DNA of 64,000 nt, taken from assembly GCA_963782055.1 (NCBI GenBank), contig CAWAIF010000003.1, positions 1,792,001 through 1,856,000 on the forward strand, in the 5' to 3' direction. The first letter of the stretch is position 1, and each line of letters starts with the position of its first letter. The stretch is from an uncultured delta proteobacterium. GTDB taxonomy: Bacteria; Myxococcota_A; Polyangia; Polyangiales; Polyangiaceae. Below the pieces are notes generated by a model, which made no database searches, was not told the origin of the DNA, and worked only from the letters and a program-made list of their open reading frames with translations. Of this stretch, positions 14,048 through 23,385 are shown piece after piece. A program made the translations under genes and the position numbers.

Positions 14048-14161
14048 GGCTTCACCGAGCACCGTCGCACAGCGCGGGCCGTCGTGCGAGACGCACTCCA
14101 CGCGCTCGAGGACCGTCCGATTGTCGAGGACGGCCGGTGCCTGGCCTGGTAGGTTCCGGCG

Positions 14162-14533
14162 ATGAAAGACGAGCGCATCAAGTTGTTCCGCACCGCGCTG
14201 GAGGGGCTGCTGGAGTCTCTGGACGCCACGGTGCGGGTGAACCGTTGGACGGGGGCGGAGAGCATCCCGGAGCCCCTGATGGAGAGCGCGTCGCGTCTCA
14301 TGGAGCGCCTCGGCACGGCCGACAGGCTCGCGGCGAGCACCTTCAACGGGTCGCCGAACGACAACGCGCGCGTGAAGGTCATCTGTGCGTCGCTGCGTCG
14401 TCTGGACGCCGCCTACGTGGCGTACCGCCAGCGCTTCGAGGCGGAGCCCTCTGCGCGCGAGCTCGCCGCGACGACCCTCAACGCGGAGCTGGACGAGGTT
14501 CGGTCCGCCGCCGCGGCCGCCCAGTCCGCCTGA
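14162..14533 (+). CDS. Hypothetical helical protein
   Basis: ATG ORF with host-like codon usage and amphipathic helices. Confidence 0.6.
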   Translation: MKDERIKLFRTALEGLLESLDATVRVNRWTGAESIPEPLMESASRLMERLGTADRLAASTFNGSPNDNARVKVICASLRRLDAAYVAYRQRFEAEPSARELAATTLNAELDEVRSAAAAAQSA

Positions 14534-14549
14534 GCCGAGCGATCCTGAT

Positions 14550-14876
14550 CTAGAGGGCGCGGACGGCGGAGAGCACCTTCGCCACCGCCTCCCAGTCCAC
14601 GTTGAGCTCGTCCAGCGAGCGCTGCTCGGTCCACATGCGGCCGACGGCGCGGAGGGCTTCCATGCGCGTGTTGCCCCACTCGGCGAACACCGGCTTGTCC
14701 TCCGGCGAGCGGCCGGCGCGCGCCTCCACGTGCCACTCACCCGCGTCGTCCTCGCTCTTGCGGGGTGTCATCGTGACCGTCAGCCGCACGCCCTCGCAAC
14801 GCATCTCGTAGACCATGGCGTCCCTCGCGCGGAACTGATTGGTGATCGCGAGCGAGGGCTTGTCCTTGTCTTTCAT
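14550..14876 (-). CDS. Hypothetical protein
   Basis: ATG ORF preceded by AAGGA; protein-like composition. Confidence 0.6.
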   Translation of the reverse strand: MKDKDKPSLAITNQFRARDAMVYEMRCEGVRLTVTMTPRKSEDDAGEWHVEARAGRSPEDKPVFAEWGNTRMEALRAVGRMWTEQRSLDELNVDWEAVAKVLSAVRAL

Positions 14877-14922
14877 GGGTTCCTTGTCACGGGCAGACGA
14901 AGGCTACCATGGTGGCGCGGCG

Positions 14923-15294
14923 TCAGCACGCGCCGTCAGGGTGTGGGAAGGCGTCGTCTTCGCTCTCGCCCTCGCGAGGCTTGAGGCAGGCGAAGTCCTT
15001 CTCCACCAGGATGCGCAGCGTGGTCGCGCCGGCGACCTGCTCCGCGTCGAAGCCCACCTGATCGGTGTCGCAGAAGGCGCGCGCCACCGCGTCTGGGACG
15101 GTGACGAGCACGCGGCCGGAGACGAACGTCGCCGCCACGCCGGGCGCGTCGGCGCTGCGCACCAGCGCGTAGACCAGCTCGGCGCCGGGCGCGAACACGG
15201 CCCGGTCCTCGACGCGACCGGACTCCCGCAGCGCGGCGACCTCACCGCGAGTGAGGCGCAGACGGAGGGAGCTGCCACGGATCCTGAGCTTCAT
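14923..15294 (-). CDS. Conserved hypothetical protein (MKLRIxGxSLRLRL family)
   Basis: MKLRIRGSSLRLRLTRGEV ... LRILVEKDFACL ... DAFPHP pattern, recognised as a widespread small conserved family. Confidence 0.7.
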   Translation of the reverse strand: MKLRIRGSSLRLRLTRGEVAALRESGRVEDRAVFAPGAELVYALVRSADAPGVAATFVSGRVLVTVPDAVARAFCDTDQVGFDAEQVAGATTLRILVEKDFACLKPREGESEDDAFPHPDGAC

Positions 15295-15335
15295 CGCCCG
15301 GCAGTGTAGTACGGTCGAACGCAGAAGGAGGAACG

Positions 15336-16754
15336 ATGCACTGCACCTCGTGCGGCACCCCCATCCCCTCGGCTGTCGAGCAAGCTCCCTTCTGCGCCTT
15401 CTGCGGCACGCGCCGCTCGGAGGTCTCGGAGGGGCAGGCGAAGCTCGTCGTGGCGCTGGCTCAGGCGTCGGCCGCGAAGAAGAAGGACGCCATCGCCCAC
15501 GCGAAACGCGAGCACCAGGGCGAGGCGGAGAAGCCCTTCACCGTCAGCTCGTCAGACCTGTGCATGGCGTTCGACCCGCAGGCGGGGTTCGCCCTGATCG
15601 GCGTGTCCGCCCCCGACCACGAGGAGCCGCGACTGCGCGCCTACGACATGGTCAACAAGCGCGTCGCCTGGGAGTCGCTCGTCGGCCAGAAGGAGATCAA
15701 GGACGTCGACGACGAGCGCCTCGCCGTGCGCGGTCGCAACGTCTACGTCTCCCTCGGCCGCACCATGCGCGCGCTCGACCTGTTCACCGGGCAGCCCAAG
15801 TGGGGCGCGGAGTTCTCCGACAAGCTGAAGCACGACTACCCCTTCACCGCCGAGCGCGGCCTCCGCATCCTCGACACCGCGCCGGTCGGTCAGCGCGGCG
15901 CCGTCCTGACGATGACCGAGGACTACACGCTGACCGCCTTCGATCGCGACACCGGCCAGCCGCTCTGGCGAGAGGTCCGCGAGCGCCTCCCCAGCGGCGC
16001 CTACGGGCTGCCCGGCTCCGGCATGGTCTTCTTTTGCGAGCCCAACCAGCTCATCAACCCCTTCCAGCAGAAGCCGGTCGCCACCTTCGACGGGCGCATC
16101 GAGCGCTGCGACATCGAGGGCCAGTACGGCATCTGGCAGGTCAGGCACTGGGGCTGGCGCGACCGCGAGGGCATCGCGCTGCACGACTTCGCGACGAACA
16201 AGGAGGTGCTCTTCCAGGCCATCGACAACATGGAGGACGACGTGCAGAGCGTCATGGGGCACGGGCGGGTCTTCTGCGCGCTGGAGAGCGGCGCCAAGCT
16301 CTTCGCCGCGCCTCACGGCAAGCCGGTGGAGCTGGTGCCGACCTTCCACATCCGGTCGATGGTGATGTGCGGCCCCACCCTCTTCGTCCTCCTGGAGAAG
16401 GCGCACGGCACCGACTACCGCCGCGTCGTGGGCGTCGACCCGGCGACGCTCGCCGTCCGCTTCGACCTCGGGGAGCTGACGACCGAGCCGGACGACGACT
16501 GGACGCTGCAGATGTGCACCAACGGGCAGGTGCTCGTGCTCGTCACCAGCCCGACCGACAACGACGACAACTGCGAGCTCTGGGGCATCGATCCCGGAGG
16601 CCGCCAGCTCTGGAAGCGGGCGGTGGGCCGCTGGCGGGGTCACTACTTCCTGGGCGGCCACGTCGTCGTGTACTCCGGCGACCAGGGCTGGCAGCTCCTG
16701 CGCCCCGAGAGCGGGGACGTGGTCGCCGCGTACTCGCGCGGGGGTGGCTGGTGA
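15336..16754 (+). CDS. Zinc-ribbon plus PQQ-like beta-propeller protein
   Basis: CxxC...CxxC N-terminus; ALDLFTGQPKW and AFDRDTGQPLW propeller repeats; AGGAGG RBS. Confidence 0.7.
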   Translation: MHCTSCGTPIPSAVEQAPFCAFCGTRRSEVSEGQAKLVVALAQASAAKKKDAIAHAKREHQGEAEKPFTVSSSDLCMAFDPQAGFALIGVSAPDHEEPRLRAYDMVNKRVAWESLVGQKEIKDVDDERLAVRGRNVYVSLGRTMRALDLFTGQPKWGAEFSDKLKHDYPFTAERGLRILDTAPVGQRGAVLTMTEDYTLTAFDRDTGQPLWREVRERLPSGAYGLPGSGMVFFCEPNQLINPFQQKPVATFDGRIERCDIEGQYGIWQVRHWGWRDREGIALHDFATNKEVLFQAIDNMEDDVQSVMGHGRVFCALESGAKLFAAPHGKPVELVPTFHIRSMVMCGPTLFVLLEKAHGTDYRRVVGVDPATLAVRFDLGELTTEPDDDWTLQMCTNGQVLVLVTSPTDNDDNCELWGIDPGGRQLWKRAVGRWRGHYFLGGHVVVYSGDQGWQLLRPESGDVVAAYSRGGGW

Positions 16755-16782
16755 CGGTCGCCTCCCGCGGAGGCGGGCGGCC

Positions 16783-17280
16783 ATGGTGACCCTCTCGCGC
16801 AGGGTCTCCGCGATGATCCGTACCGCCCGCATCCTTTGGGCGGCGCTCCTCTTCTCCACGCTCATCCTGCTCTTCGTACTGATCCAGGTCCGCGCGCACG
16901 GTGGCGGGAGCCCCGCGCCGCCGGACCCTGTGATGAAGCTCGGGCTCGGCGTGGTCGCCCTGGCGACCGCGATCGTGGCGGTGCTCTTCCCCCGCAGCGC
17001 CCTGAGGCAAGGCCTGCGCCGGATCGACCACTCCACCCTGAACACGGTCGACGCCGCGCTGCGGGCGGCGTTCCCCGTCTACCAGACCACGTTGATCCTG
17101 GGGATGGCGCTCGCGGAGTCGGTCGCCCTCTTCGGCTTCGTGCTCGTCTTCCTGGGAGAGCCCCTCCTCACCGGAGCGCCCTTCTTCGTCGTGGCGTGGG
17201 GGATCATGCTCAGCAAGGCCCCGTCCGCCCGCGGGCTCGTCCGCGCCTTCGAGCGGGCCACCGGCGCGATCCTCCGGTAG
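16783..17280 (+). CDS. Hypothetical membrane protein (about 4 TM)
   Basis: Four hydrophobic segments; ILGMALAESVALFGFV. Start uncertain (16783 or 16813). Confidence 0.6.
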   Translation: MVTLSRRVSAMIRTARILWAALLFSTLILLFVLIQVRAHGGGSPAPPDPVMKLGLGVVALATAIVAVLFPRSALRQGLRRIDHSTLNTVDAALRAAFPVYQTTLILGMALAESVALFGFVLVFLGEPLLTGAPFFVVAWGIMLSKAPSARGLVRAFERATGAILR

Positions 17281-17295
17281 CGCCCGCCGCGCGCG

Positions 17296-18117
17296 TCACG
17301 CGATGCGCTGCGGTCCGGCGTAGACGTTGAAGCGGTCGTCGCGCAGGAAGCCGACGAGCGTCATCCCCGTCTCCTCCGCCAGCGCCACCGCGAGGCTCGT
17401 CGGCGCCCCGACCGCCGCGAGCACCGGGACGCCGGCGACAGCCGCCTTCTGCACCAGCTCGAAGGCGGCGCGCCCGCTCACGAACAGGACGTGCCCCCGC
17501 AGCGGCACGTGGCCGGCGAGCAGCTCCGCGCCGACGACCTTGTCCACGGCGTTGTGACGGCCCACGTCCTCGCGCGCGCGGAGCAGCCCGCCGCCCGCGT
17601 CGAAGAGGGCGGCGGCGTGCAGGCCCCCCGTCGTGTCGAAGGCGGCCTGCGCGGCGCGGGCGCGCTCCGGAAGCATGTAGAGTACATGTGTCGCCACGCG
17701 CGCCCGGTCGCTGGCCACCGAGACGCCCCGCACGCGCAGCGCCTCGAGCGAGGCCTTGCCGCACACGCCGCAGCTGGAGGTCGTGTAGAAGTTGCGGCGC
17801 AGCCGCTCGCCCAGCGGCTCCACGCCCGGGGCGAGCGTCACGCGCACGTGGTGCGGACCGACGTGGCCGACGGCGGCGACGTCGGCGGCGCCGCGCAGCA
17901 CGCCCTCGGTGAAGAGAAACCCGGCGGCGAGCTCGGCGTCGTGCCCGGGCGTGCGCATGGTGATGGAGACCGTCTCGTCGCCGACGTCGATCCCCAGCGG
18001 CTCCTCCACCGCGACGCGGTCGCGCACCTCCTCCGACGCGCCGCCGCGGAAGGCGCGCACCGGCCGCTCCGCGGTCGCCTCGGTCAGGGAGGGCTCGGGC
18101 GTCAGCCGGCGTGTCAT
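17296..18117 (-). CDS. fdhD: Formate dehydrogenase accessory sulfurtransferase
   Basis: VEEPL, TMRTPG..ELAAGFLFTEG, SSCGVCG, TGGLHAAALF, REDVGRHNAVDK, SGRAAFELVQKA. Confidence 0.92.
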   Translation of the reverse strand: MTRRLTPEPSLTEATAERPVRAFRGGASEEVRDRVAVEEPLGIDVGDETVSITMRTPGHDAELAAGFLFTEGVLRGAADVAAVGHVGPHHVRVTLAPGVEPLGERLRRNFYTTSSCGVCGKASLEALRVRGVSVASDRARVATHVLYMLPERARAAQAAFDTTGGLHAAALFDAGGGLLRAREDVGRHNAVDKVVGAELLAGHVPLRGHVLFVSGRAAFELVQKAAVAGVPVLAAVGAPTSLAVALAEETGMTLVGFLRDDRFNVYAGPQRIA

Positions 18118-18659
18118 GCGGTCACGTCCCGGGGCGTGTCCCAGTCGCGGAGCTCGGCGTCCTCGCCCTCGCCGAGGGGGAGCTCCGTCGCGCCGGCGGC
18201 GTCGAGCAGCCCCTGCAGCGCGAGCTCGCCCCGCGCCGCGCGCGCCTCGGCGAGCGCGAGCACCCGCGGCGGATCGAAGGAGGCGAAGAGGGGCTCCCAG
18301 CGGCCGTCGCGCCGCGGCGCCACGACCGGGGCCTCGCTCGCGGCGACCAGCCGGGCGAGCAGGGCAGGGGAGACGAAGGGCATGTCGCACGCCACCGCGA
18401 TCGCGCGCTCCTCGCGGGCCGCGCGCAGAAGACCGACGAGGCCTCCGAGCGGGCCCAGGCCCGGCGCCGCGTCGTCCACGACCGGCAGATCCACCTGCGC
18501 GTACTCCGGGCGCCGGCCGACGAGCACCGGCCGCGCCCCCGCGTCGCGGAGCAGCCGCTGCCACCGCGCGATCAGCGTCAGCCCCTCCGGCGCGCGCAGC
18601 AGCCCCTTCGCGCGGCCCATGCGCGAGGAGCTTCCCCCGACGAAGATCCCGCCGATCAT
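18114..18659 (-). CDS. mobA: Molybdenum cofactor guanylyltransferase
   Basis: GGSSSRMGRAKGLL, GPLGGL, AVACDMPF, EPL, DTPRD; ATGA overlap with fdhD. Confidence 0.85.
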   Translation of the reverse strand: MIGGIFVGGSSSRMGRAKGLLRAPEGLTLIARWQRLLRDAGARPVLVGRRPEYAQVDLPVVDDAAPGLGPLGGLVGLLRAAREERAIAVACDMPFVSPALLARLVAASEAPVVAPRRDGRWEPLFASFDPPRVLALAEARAARGELALQGLLDAAGATELPLGEGEDAELRDWDTPRDVTA

Positions 18660-18667
18660 CGCGCGGC

Positions 18668-18907
18668 CTACGACGGCGACGCGCCGCCGAGCACCTCGCG
18701 CACCTTGGCGTGGCAGCGCTCGGCGATCTCCTCCGGCGACAGATCGTCCTCGTCCACCTCGTAGCTGAAGGCGATCCGCTTGCCGCCGGCGCTGGCCCAG
18801 CCGTCCAGCGTCACCCGGCCGTCCGCCTTCTTGCCGTAGGCGCTGATGCCGAGGCGATCGAGGATCTCCGCGGCGTCCCCGGCGAGCTTCAGGCGGTCCA
18901 CGGCCAT
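18668..18907 (-). CDS. Small hypothetical protein
   Basis: 79-aa ATG ORF directly upstream of and co-oriented with mobA. Confidence 0.5.
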   Translation of the reverse strand: MAVDRLKLAGDAAEILDRLGISAYGKKADGRVTLDGWASAGGKRIAFSYEVDEDDLSPEEIAERCHAKVREVLGGASPS

Positions 18908-18974
18908 GCCCGGAGTCTACACCGGCTCTTGGCGGGACGCCGGAACATGGGGGCGCTAGGATGGTCATCACCGC

Positions 18975-20810
18975 ATGCGTATCGTCCTGCTCTACCCCCC
19001 GCCCTGGAAGACCGCGCCGGCCGACGCGCCCGCGTACCCGAAGGGGGAGGGCCCGCCCGACGGCTACCGCCCGGGCGACCTGGACGCCGACTTCTACCAG
19101 ACGCCCTACGGCCTCTTCTCCCTCGGCGCGCAGGCCATCCGCGCGGGACATCAGGTCAAGCTCTTCAACCTCTCGGCGTTCGACTGGCCGCGGGTGCAAG
19201 AGCTGGTCGCGTCGATCGACGCGGACCTGTGGGGCATGTCCTGCTGGACGGCCAACCGCCGCGGCGTGGCGATGGTCGCGCGTCTCATCAAGGAGCAGCG
19301 CCCCGGCGCGCACGTCGTCGTGGGCGGCCCGCACGCCACCCCCTTCGCGAAGGAGATCCTGGAGCACTGGCCGGCGGTGGACACCGTCTCCACCGGCGAG
19401 AGCGACGACACCTTCCTCGAGCTCGCCTCGCGCCTGGAGAAGGGCGAGAGCCCGAAGGGCATCGCCGGCACCCTCTATCGCGAGGAGGGCGAGGTCCACC
19501 AGGGCCCGCGCCGACCGAACATCCCCGACCTGGACGTGCTCGCCTCCCCGCAGGACTACTTCGACACCCACATCCTGATGACCTCCCGCGGGTGCCCGTG
19601 GAACTGCACCTTCTGCGGCGCGGAGACGAGCTGGGGCCGCGGCTTCCGCGGCAACTCGGTGGGCTACGTGCTCGACGCGATGCAGAAGATCACCGCGCGC
19701 CTGCCGGTGAAGATGGTCCAGATCAAGGACGACACCTTCACCACCAACAAGAAGCGCGTGCTGGAGCTGTGCCGCGGCATCCGCGAGCGTAACCTGCAGT
19801 TCTTCTGGAGCTGCGACACCCGCGTCGACCTCCTCACCGACGAGCTGCTGCGCGAGATGCGCCTGGCCGGCTGCTCGCGCCTCTCGCTGGGCGTGGAGTC
19901 CGGCTCGCAGCGCATCCTGGATCTCATCGACAAGAAGATCACCCCGGACGAGATCATCGAGTCGACGCGCCTCGCCAAGCGGTACGGCGTGAAGGTCCGC
20001 TACTACATGATGCTGGGCAACCGCGGGGAGACGGCGGAGACCTTCCGCGAGACGCTCGCCTTCCTGGAGCGCGCGCAGCCGCACGAGTACATCTTCTCCT
20101 GCCTCTCGGTCTATCCGGGCACCCGCGACTTCCACGACGCGGAGAGAGAGGGCTGGCTGGACCGCGAGGTCTACTTCACCGACGACTTCCAGGAGCTCAA
20201 GACCCCCTTCGACGCCAGCGAGGCGGACACCGCGCTGATGAACGGCTGGTTCGCCGATCACAGCGGCCTGCGCACCGTGTACCGGGAGAGCGCGGCGGAC
20301 TACGCCGCCATCCTGGAGCGCCTCGGCGACTACCACGCCGCGCACATGGACCTCGGCGCCGCGTACTACCGCGAGAAGAAGTACGACCTGGCGGAGAAGC
20401 ATGTCCGCCGCGCTCTCGAGCTCGGCTACCCGCTGCCCGGACTCTGCCACAACCACCTGGCGTGCATCGCCAGGGCGCGCGGCGATCTGGACGGCATGAT
20501 GAACGAGTTCTCGACGGCGGCGAAGGTCGACCCGCAGCACTACGTCCTCATCCAGAACGTCAACGCGGCGCGCGCGTGGTTCAAGGCGGGCGGCCCGGGC
20601 AAGGGCCTGCCGCTGGAGCTGACGGTGCGCCACGACTTCCAGCTCCTGGAGCGCACCGCGCAGCCCACGCTTCCGGGGCCCCTGCCGGAGAACTACGCCG
20701 AGTGGGGCGAGGCGTCGCCCGCGGCGGACGCCGACGTACTCATCAAGACGCCGGAGCTGGAGGGGAGCAAGAAGCCGCTCGGGGACCGCCGCCGGCTGAA
20801 GGTGGTGTGA
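18975..20810 (+). CDS. Cobalamin-binding radical SAM protein with C-terminal TPR-like region
   Basis: B12-binding domain (VVVGGPHAT, GESD), SRGCPWNCTFC (CxxxCxxC), LGVESGS, then helical TPR-like repeats (AHMDLGAAYY..AEKHVRRALEL). Confidence 0.88.
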   Translation: MRIVLLYPPPWKTAPADAPAYPKGEGPPDGYRPGDLDADFYQTPYGLFSLGAQAIRAGHQVKLFNLSAFDWPRVQELVASIDADLWGMSCWTANRRGVAMVARLIKEQRPGAHVVVGGPHATPFAKEILEHWPAVDTVSTGESDDTFLELASRLEKGESPKGIAGTLYREEGEVHQGPRRPNIPDLDVLASPQDYFDTHILMTSRGCPWNCTFCGAETSWGRGFRGNSVGYVLDAMQKITARLPVKMVQIKDDTFTTNKKRVLELCRGIRERNLQFFWSCDTRVDLLTDELLREMRLAGCSRLSLGVESGSQRILDLIDKKITPDEIIESTRLAKRYGVKVRYYMMLGNRGETAETFRETLAFLERAQPHEYIFSCLSVYPGTRDFHDAEREGWLDREVYFTDDFQELKTPFDASEADTALMNGWFADHSGLRTVYRESAADYAAILERLGDYHAAHMDLGAAYYREKKYDLAEKHVRRALELGYPLPGLCHNHLACIARARGDLDGMMNEFSTAAKVDPQHYVLIQNVNAARAWFKAGGPGKGLPLELTVRHDFQLLERTAQPTLPGPLPENYAEWGEASPAADADVLIKTPELEGSKKPLGDRRRLKVV

Positions 20811-20820
20811 GCAAAGGCGC

Positions 20821-21936
20821 TCAGCGGAGGAAGTACAGGCCGACCGCGGCGCCGCTCGCGACGAGGCGCGCGATCTCCAGCGGCGGCGCCCAGCGCTTCG
20901 ACTCCAGGATGCCGCTCAGCGACGCGAGCGCGAGGGCGATCGACGCGCACAGGGCGAGCAGCACCACCATGGGAATGGCGGCGTGCCAGTTCATCACCGC
21001 CCCGGTCACCACCACCAGAAGTATGTATTGTGCAAGTACATACCGCCCCCGCGCGCGCGAGGGCCGCACGGCGTACTTCTCCCACGTCTCCGGGGAGACC
21101 TCCCTCGGCGGCGCCGCCGGCATCGCCTCCGGCTTCCACGCCGGCGACGCGACGACGACGCGCAGCTTCTCCAGCCCGGAGGCCGCGCGCATCATGCGGC
21201 CCATCTGGAAGAAGTACTCCACCTGCGCCCAGAGCGGGTTGAAGCTGCGGATGGGCTTCGTCACCCCGTAGACGCACGGCTCGACCTCCTCCTCGAAGGT
21301 GCCGAAGAGGCGGTCCCACACGATGAGGGTGGCCGCGTAGTTCTTGTCCAGGTACCGCGGGTTGATCGCGTGGTGGACGCGGTGGTGGTGCGGCAGGTTG
21401 AGCACCCACCCGAGCGGCCCGCCGACGCGCGGCACGAGCTGCGTGTGAATCCAGAACTGGTAGAGCGTGGAGAGGGCGTAGACCGTCGCGAAGACGAGCG
21501 GCGGGACGCCGACGAGCGCGAGGGGGAAGTGGAAGGGCAGGATGGTGAAGGCGGTGAGCACCGCCTGCCGCAGCGCCACGGCGAGGTTGTAGTCCTCGCT
21601 CTGGTGGTGCACCACGTGCGCCGCCCAGAGCAGGTTCACCTCGTGGCTCATGCGGTGCCACCAGTAGTAGACGAAGTCGACGGCGACGAAGGCGACCGCC
21701 CACTGCACCCACACCGGGCCGATGCTCACCATCCGGTGCGCGTAGACGAGCGCGTACGCGGCCAGCAGCGCCGCGCCGAGGAGCACCGCCTGGATCTGCG
21801 AGGCGATGCCGCACGACAGGTCGGCGATGGCGTCGACGAAGCGGTAGACCTTCCTGCCCTTCGCGCGCGCCCAGACGAGCTCGACCGCGATGAGCACGAA
21901 GAAGAAGGGGACCGCGAGGGCGATGGGGTTGACCAT
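20821..21936 (-). CDS. Sterol desaturase / alkylglycerol monooxygenase-like membrane enzyme
   Basis: His boxes YYWWHRMSH, WAAHVVHHQSEDYNL, QFWIHT, HHRVHH, and DKNYA..WDRLFGTF. Confidence 0.88.
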   Translation of the reverse strand: MVNPIALAVPFFFVLIAVELVWARAKGRKVYRFVDAIADLSCGIASQIQAVLLGAALLAAYALVYAHRMVSIGPVWVQWAVAFVAVDFVYYWWHRMSHEVNLLWAAHVVHHQSEDYNLAVALRQAVLTAFTILPFHFPLALVGVPPLVFATVYALSTLYQFWIHTQLVPRVGGPLGWVLNLPHHHRVHHAINPRYLDKNYAATLIVWDRLFGTFEEEVEPCVYGVTKPIRSFNPLWAQVEYFFQMGRMMRAASGLEKLRVVVASPAWKPEAMPAAPPREVSPETWEKYAVRPSRARGRYVLAQYILLVVVTGAVMNWHAAIPMVVLLALCASIALALASLSGILESKRWAPPLEIARLVASGAAVGLYFLR

Positions 21937-22045
21937 CCGTCCCTATTCCTAGCGCGTCCGGGGCCGATCGCGCGAGCGTACCAGCGGTCTGGCGAGGGGG
22001 CCGAGCTCTGCTATGGTGCGCGCCCTCGAACGGGAGGTTCTCACC

Positions 22046-23047
22046 ATGCGCAAGGCAATCCTTACGGGTCTCTTCGGAATCGGCGCGGCGATCGCGTGGG
22101 CGTGCGGCGGCGAGCAGCCGCAGGCCGAGCCCCCGCCTCCGCCTCCTCCGGTGGCGCCCACCGCGACGACCGCCCCCAGCGCCAGCGCGAGCGCCGCCCC
22201 GGCCGCGAGCGCGGATCCCCCCAAGGGACCCGCCCCCGCCTGGCACCTCGCCAGCTTCCAGACGCCGGAGAGCGTGCTCTACGACGACAAGGCGGACCGC
22301 TACCTCGTCTCCAACATCAACGGCAAGCCGCTGGACGTCGACGGCAACGGCTACATCTCTGTGGTCTCCCCCGACGGCAAGGTGACGACGGAGAAGTGGA
22401 TCGAGGGCGGCAAGAACAAGGTCACGCTCAACGCGCCGAAGGGCATGACCATCACAGGCGGCGTGCTCTACGTCGCCGACCTGGACACCGTCCGCACCTT
22501 CGACGCGAAGACGGGCAAGGCCAAGGCTGCCATCAAGATCAAGGGCGCCACCTTCCTCAACGACGTCGCCTCCGACGCCAAGGGCAAGGTCTACGTCTCC
22601 GACTCCGGCATGAAGGCGAACGCCAAGGGCGGCTTCGACCCGACCGGCACCGACGCCGTCTGGGTCATCTCCAAGGGCAAGGCCAAGCCGCTCGCCAAGG
22701 GCACCGACCTCGGCCGCCCCAACGGCGTGCTGTGGACGGACAAGGGCGTGTGGGTCGTGACCTTCGGCACCAACGAGCTGTACCGCCTCGACGACAAGGG
22801 CAAGATGCAGGACGTCACCAAGCTGCCCAAGGGCTCGCTCGACGGCCTCGTCATGCTCCCCGACGGGACGTTCCTCGTCTCCAGCTGGGAGTCGTCGTCG
22901 GTCTACCGCGGCAAGCCCGGCGGCACCTTCGAGGCGGTGATCACCGGCGTGAAGTCGCCGGCGGACATCGGCTACGACACCAAGCGCTCGCGGGTCATGG
23001 TGCCGGAGTTCATGGAGAACACCGTCGAGGCGTACGACGTGAAGTGA
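22046..23047 (+). CDS. SMP-30/gluconolactonase-like beta-propeller lipoprotein
   Basis: Lipobox AWAC, Pro/Ala linker, PESV, LNAPKGM, FLNDV, PNG, LDG, SPADIG. Confidence 0.8.
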   Translation: MRKAILTGLFGIGAAIAWACGGEQPQAEPPPPPPPVAPTATTAPSASASAAPAASADPPKGPAPAWHLASFQTPESVLYDDKADRYLVSNINGKPLDVDGNGYISVVSPDGKVTTEKWIEGGKNKVTLNAPKGMTITGGVLYVADLDTVRTFDAKTGKAKAAIKIKGATFLNDVASDAKGKVYVSDSGMKANAKGGFDPTGTDAVWVISKGKAKPLAKGTDLGRPNGVLWTDKGVWVVTFGTNELYRLDDKGKMQDVTKLPKGSLDGLVMLPDGTFLVSSWESSSVYRGKPGGTFEAVITGVKSPADIGYDTKRSRVMVPEFMENTVEAYDVK

Positions 23048-23056
23048 GGGGGGGAG

Positions 23057-23244
23057 CCCCTCCTGGCGCCATGCTCGGGCTCGTGCTCGCCTCCTCGCGC
23101 GCCGCCGGTGTATGCAGAATGCACATGTTCCGGCGCGCGAGGAGGCTTGCGCGCGAGCCCTGCGCGTGGCGCCTCCTCCCCACGGTGTCGCGCTCCGCGC
23201 GCCACACGGGGAGGAGGGTGCGCCGTCTCGCGCGGACCTCGGCG
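23057..23244. repeat. Structured ~185-bp intergenic repeat, copy 1
   Basis: Aligns by eye with 27551-27735; 109-nt hairpin at 23065-23173. Confidence 0.85.
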
Positions 23245-23272
23245 GTCCCTCTGCTCACTGGTCTCCCCGTGC

Positions 23273-23337
23273 GAACGCTCGCGCGTGCTCGTGCCCGAGT
23301 TCACGCAGAACGTCGTCGAGGCCTACGGCTCAAGTGA
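23273..23337 (+). pseudogene. Diverged duplicate of the last ~21 codons of the upstream gene
   Basis: ERSRVLVPEFTQNVVEAYG-..AAGTGA versus KRSRVMVPEFMENTVEAYDVK* (22982-23047). Confidence 0.8.
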
Positions 23338-23338
23338 G

Positions 23339-23385
23339 CTCCTCTCCCCCTCTCCCCCTCGGGGAGAGGGGGCCGGGGGGTGAGG
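23339..23385 (-). repeat. REP-like palindromic element, possibly a terminator
   Basis: Perfect 12-bp stem CCCCCTCTCCCC-ctc-GGGGAGAGGGGG plus a CCTCACCCC tail right after a TGA stop; related copy at 34289-34334. Confidence 0.75.

Noticed and set aside
18975..20810. Radical SAM enzyme as a tailoring enzyme of the lasso cluster
   Set aside because: It lies more than 20 kb away, has host-like GC and no RRE; nothing links the two.
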